Source: Raillietiella orientalis
Taxonomy: Eukaryota
Direction of reading: 5' to 3'
Assembly (NCBI GenBank): GCA_036172245.1
Contig: JAYWIR010000005.1
Span: forward strand, 682,001-746,000
Length of the DNA: 64,000 bases
In this document: one piece after another, positions 63,300 to 64,000 of the stretch
Numbering within the stretch: position 1 is the first letter of the stretch
Layout: every line of letters starts with the position of its first letter
Position numbers and translations under genes: made by a program
The notes under the pieces: generated by a model
The model's input: the letters and a program-made list of their open reading frames with translations, nothing else
What the model was told of the DNA's origin: nothing
Database searches by the model: none

Positions 63300-63822
63300 A
63301 ACTCGCCACACTCACGCGAGAGGGTGCGCGCGTCCGCGCGTCTGCCGTGGCTTGCGCACCCGCGTTCAGCGGCACGTCGGCAGAGGGTGCTGCTGCGCCC
63401 CAGCTCGATCGCCGGGACGAGGCGGGACGGTCCCCCCCTCAACTCTCCAGTGACCGTCGGCAACTGGTGTGGTGGTGACCTCTGACCTCCGAGGATATTC
63501 CATTGAAACTCTCCCCGCCGAGACCCTTGGCGCCCTCTCTCAAACCCTTATCGCTGCTCTCTGTCCTCCAGCCCCCATTCCCTTCTGCTGCTCCGAGTTT
63601 TCTTCGAGGGCTGTTCTGCACCCTTACGGCATCCCTGCATCCAACTGGAGGTCAAGAATCACACGGGGCGGTTTGTTCTGTCGTCTCCTCCACCAGCCCA
63701 GGGCATTTTGGCGGAGCACGGGCCGACAACGGAGGAGGGAAACCAATAATGCATCAGGAAACCGATAATGTCAACTCGCCGCTCTCACGCGAGAGGGTAC
63801 GTGCGCGTCCGTGCACCTGCCG
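63300..63822 (+). repeat. Pair of about 50-bp direct repeats
   Basis: aactcgccacactcacgcgagagggtgcgcgcgtccgcgcgtctgccg (63300-63347) versus aactcgccgctctcacgcgagagggtacgtgcgcgtccgtgcacctgccg (63773-63822). Confidence 0.7.
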
Positions 63823-64000
63823 AACTCAGGACCAGCCGTCGCGATCGGCCCCTCCGGGCACGCACGATAAAAGCGTGCGCCGCCCTTGGAGGAGCTGACT
63901 AGCGAGGTCGTTTCCTGCCCATGGGGTGACACTAGAACAGGCATGCGTGCGAGGGACCTCCAGTCGCAGCCCAGGCCGGCGTTCGCGGGGGCGGCGGCTC

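Overview
Animal (probably invertebrate) genomic DNA with spliced genes. It holds five intron-containing genes: the 3' end of a cationic amino acid transporter (SLC7A4/CAT-like, +, 1-1422), FoxL2 (+, about 7019-11607), TMEM19 (+, 24783-28458), N-myristoyltransferase (NMT, -, 35890-49883, 12 exons) and calaxin/EFCAB1 (+, 50882 to at least 61444, last exon not found). NMT and calaxin are head-to-head. The most unusual structure is a 10.2-kb block (19607-29829) bounded by TTAA and by about 743-bp apparently identical inverted repeats made of a decayed Tx1/L1-like 3' end; it encloses the whole TMEM19 coding region and a Utopia/NeSL-like retrotransposon relic. Other notable points are 40-67-nt micro-introns, strong CpG depletion in the 5' bodies of TMEM19 and NMT, Exd/Hox-type sites upstream of FoxL2, an RFX X-box before calaxin, and motif-breaking substitutions in NMT and calaxin. 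Most long GC-rich ORFs in the supplied track look non-coding. Gene models were built by hand from GT-AG sites and remembered family motifs; no database search was run.
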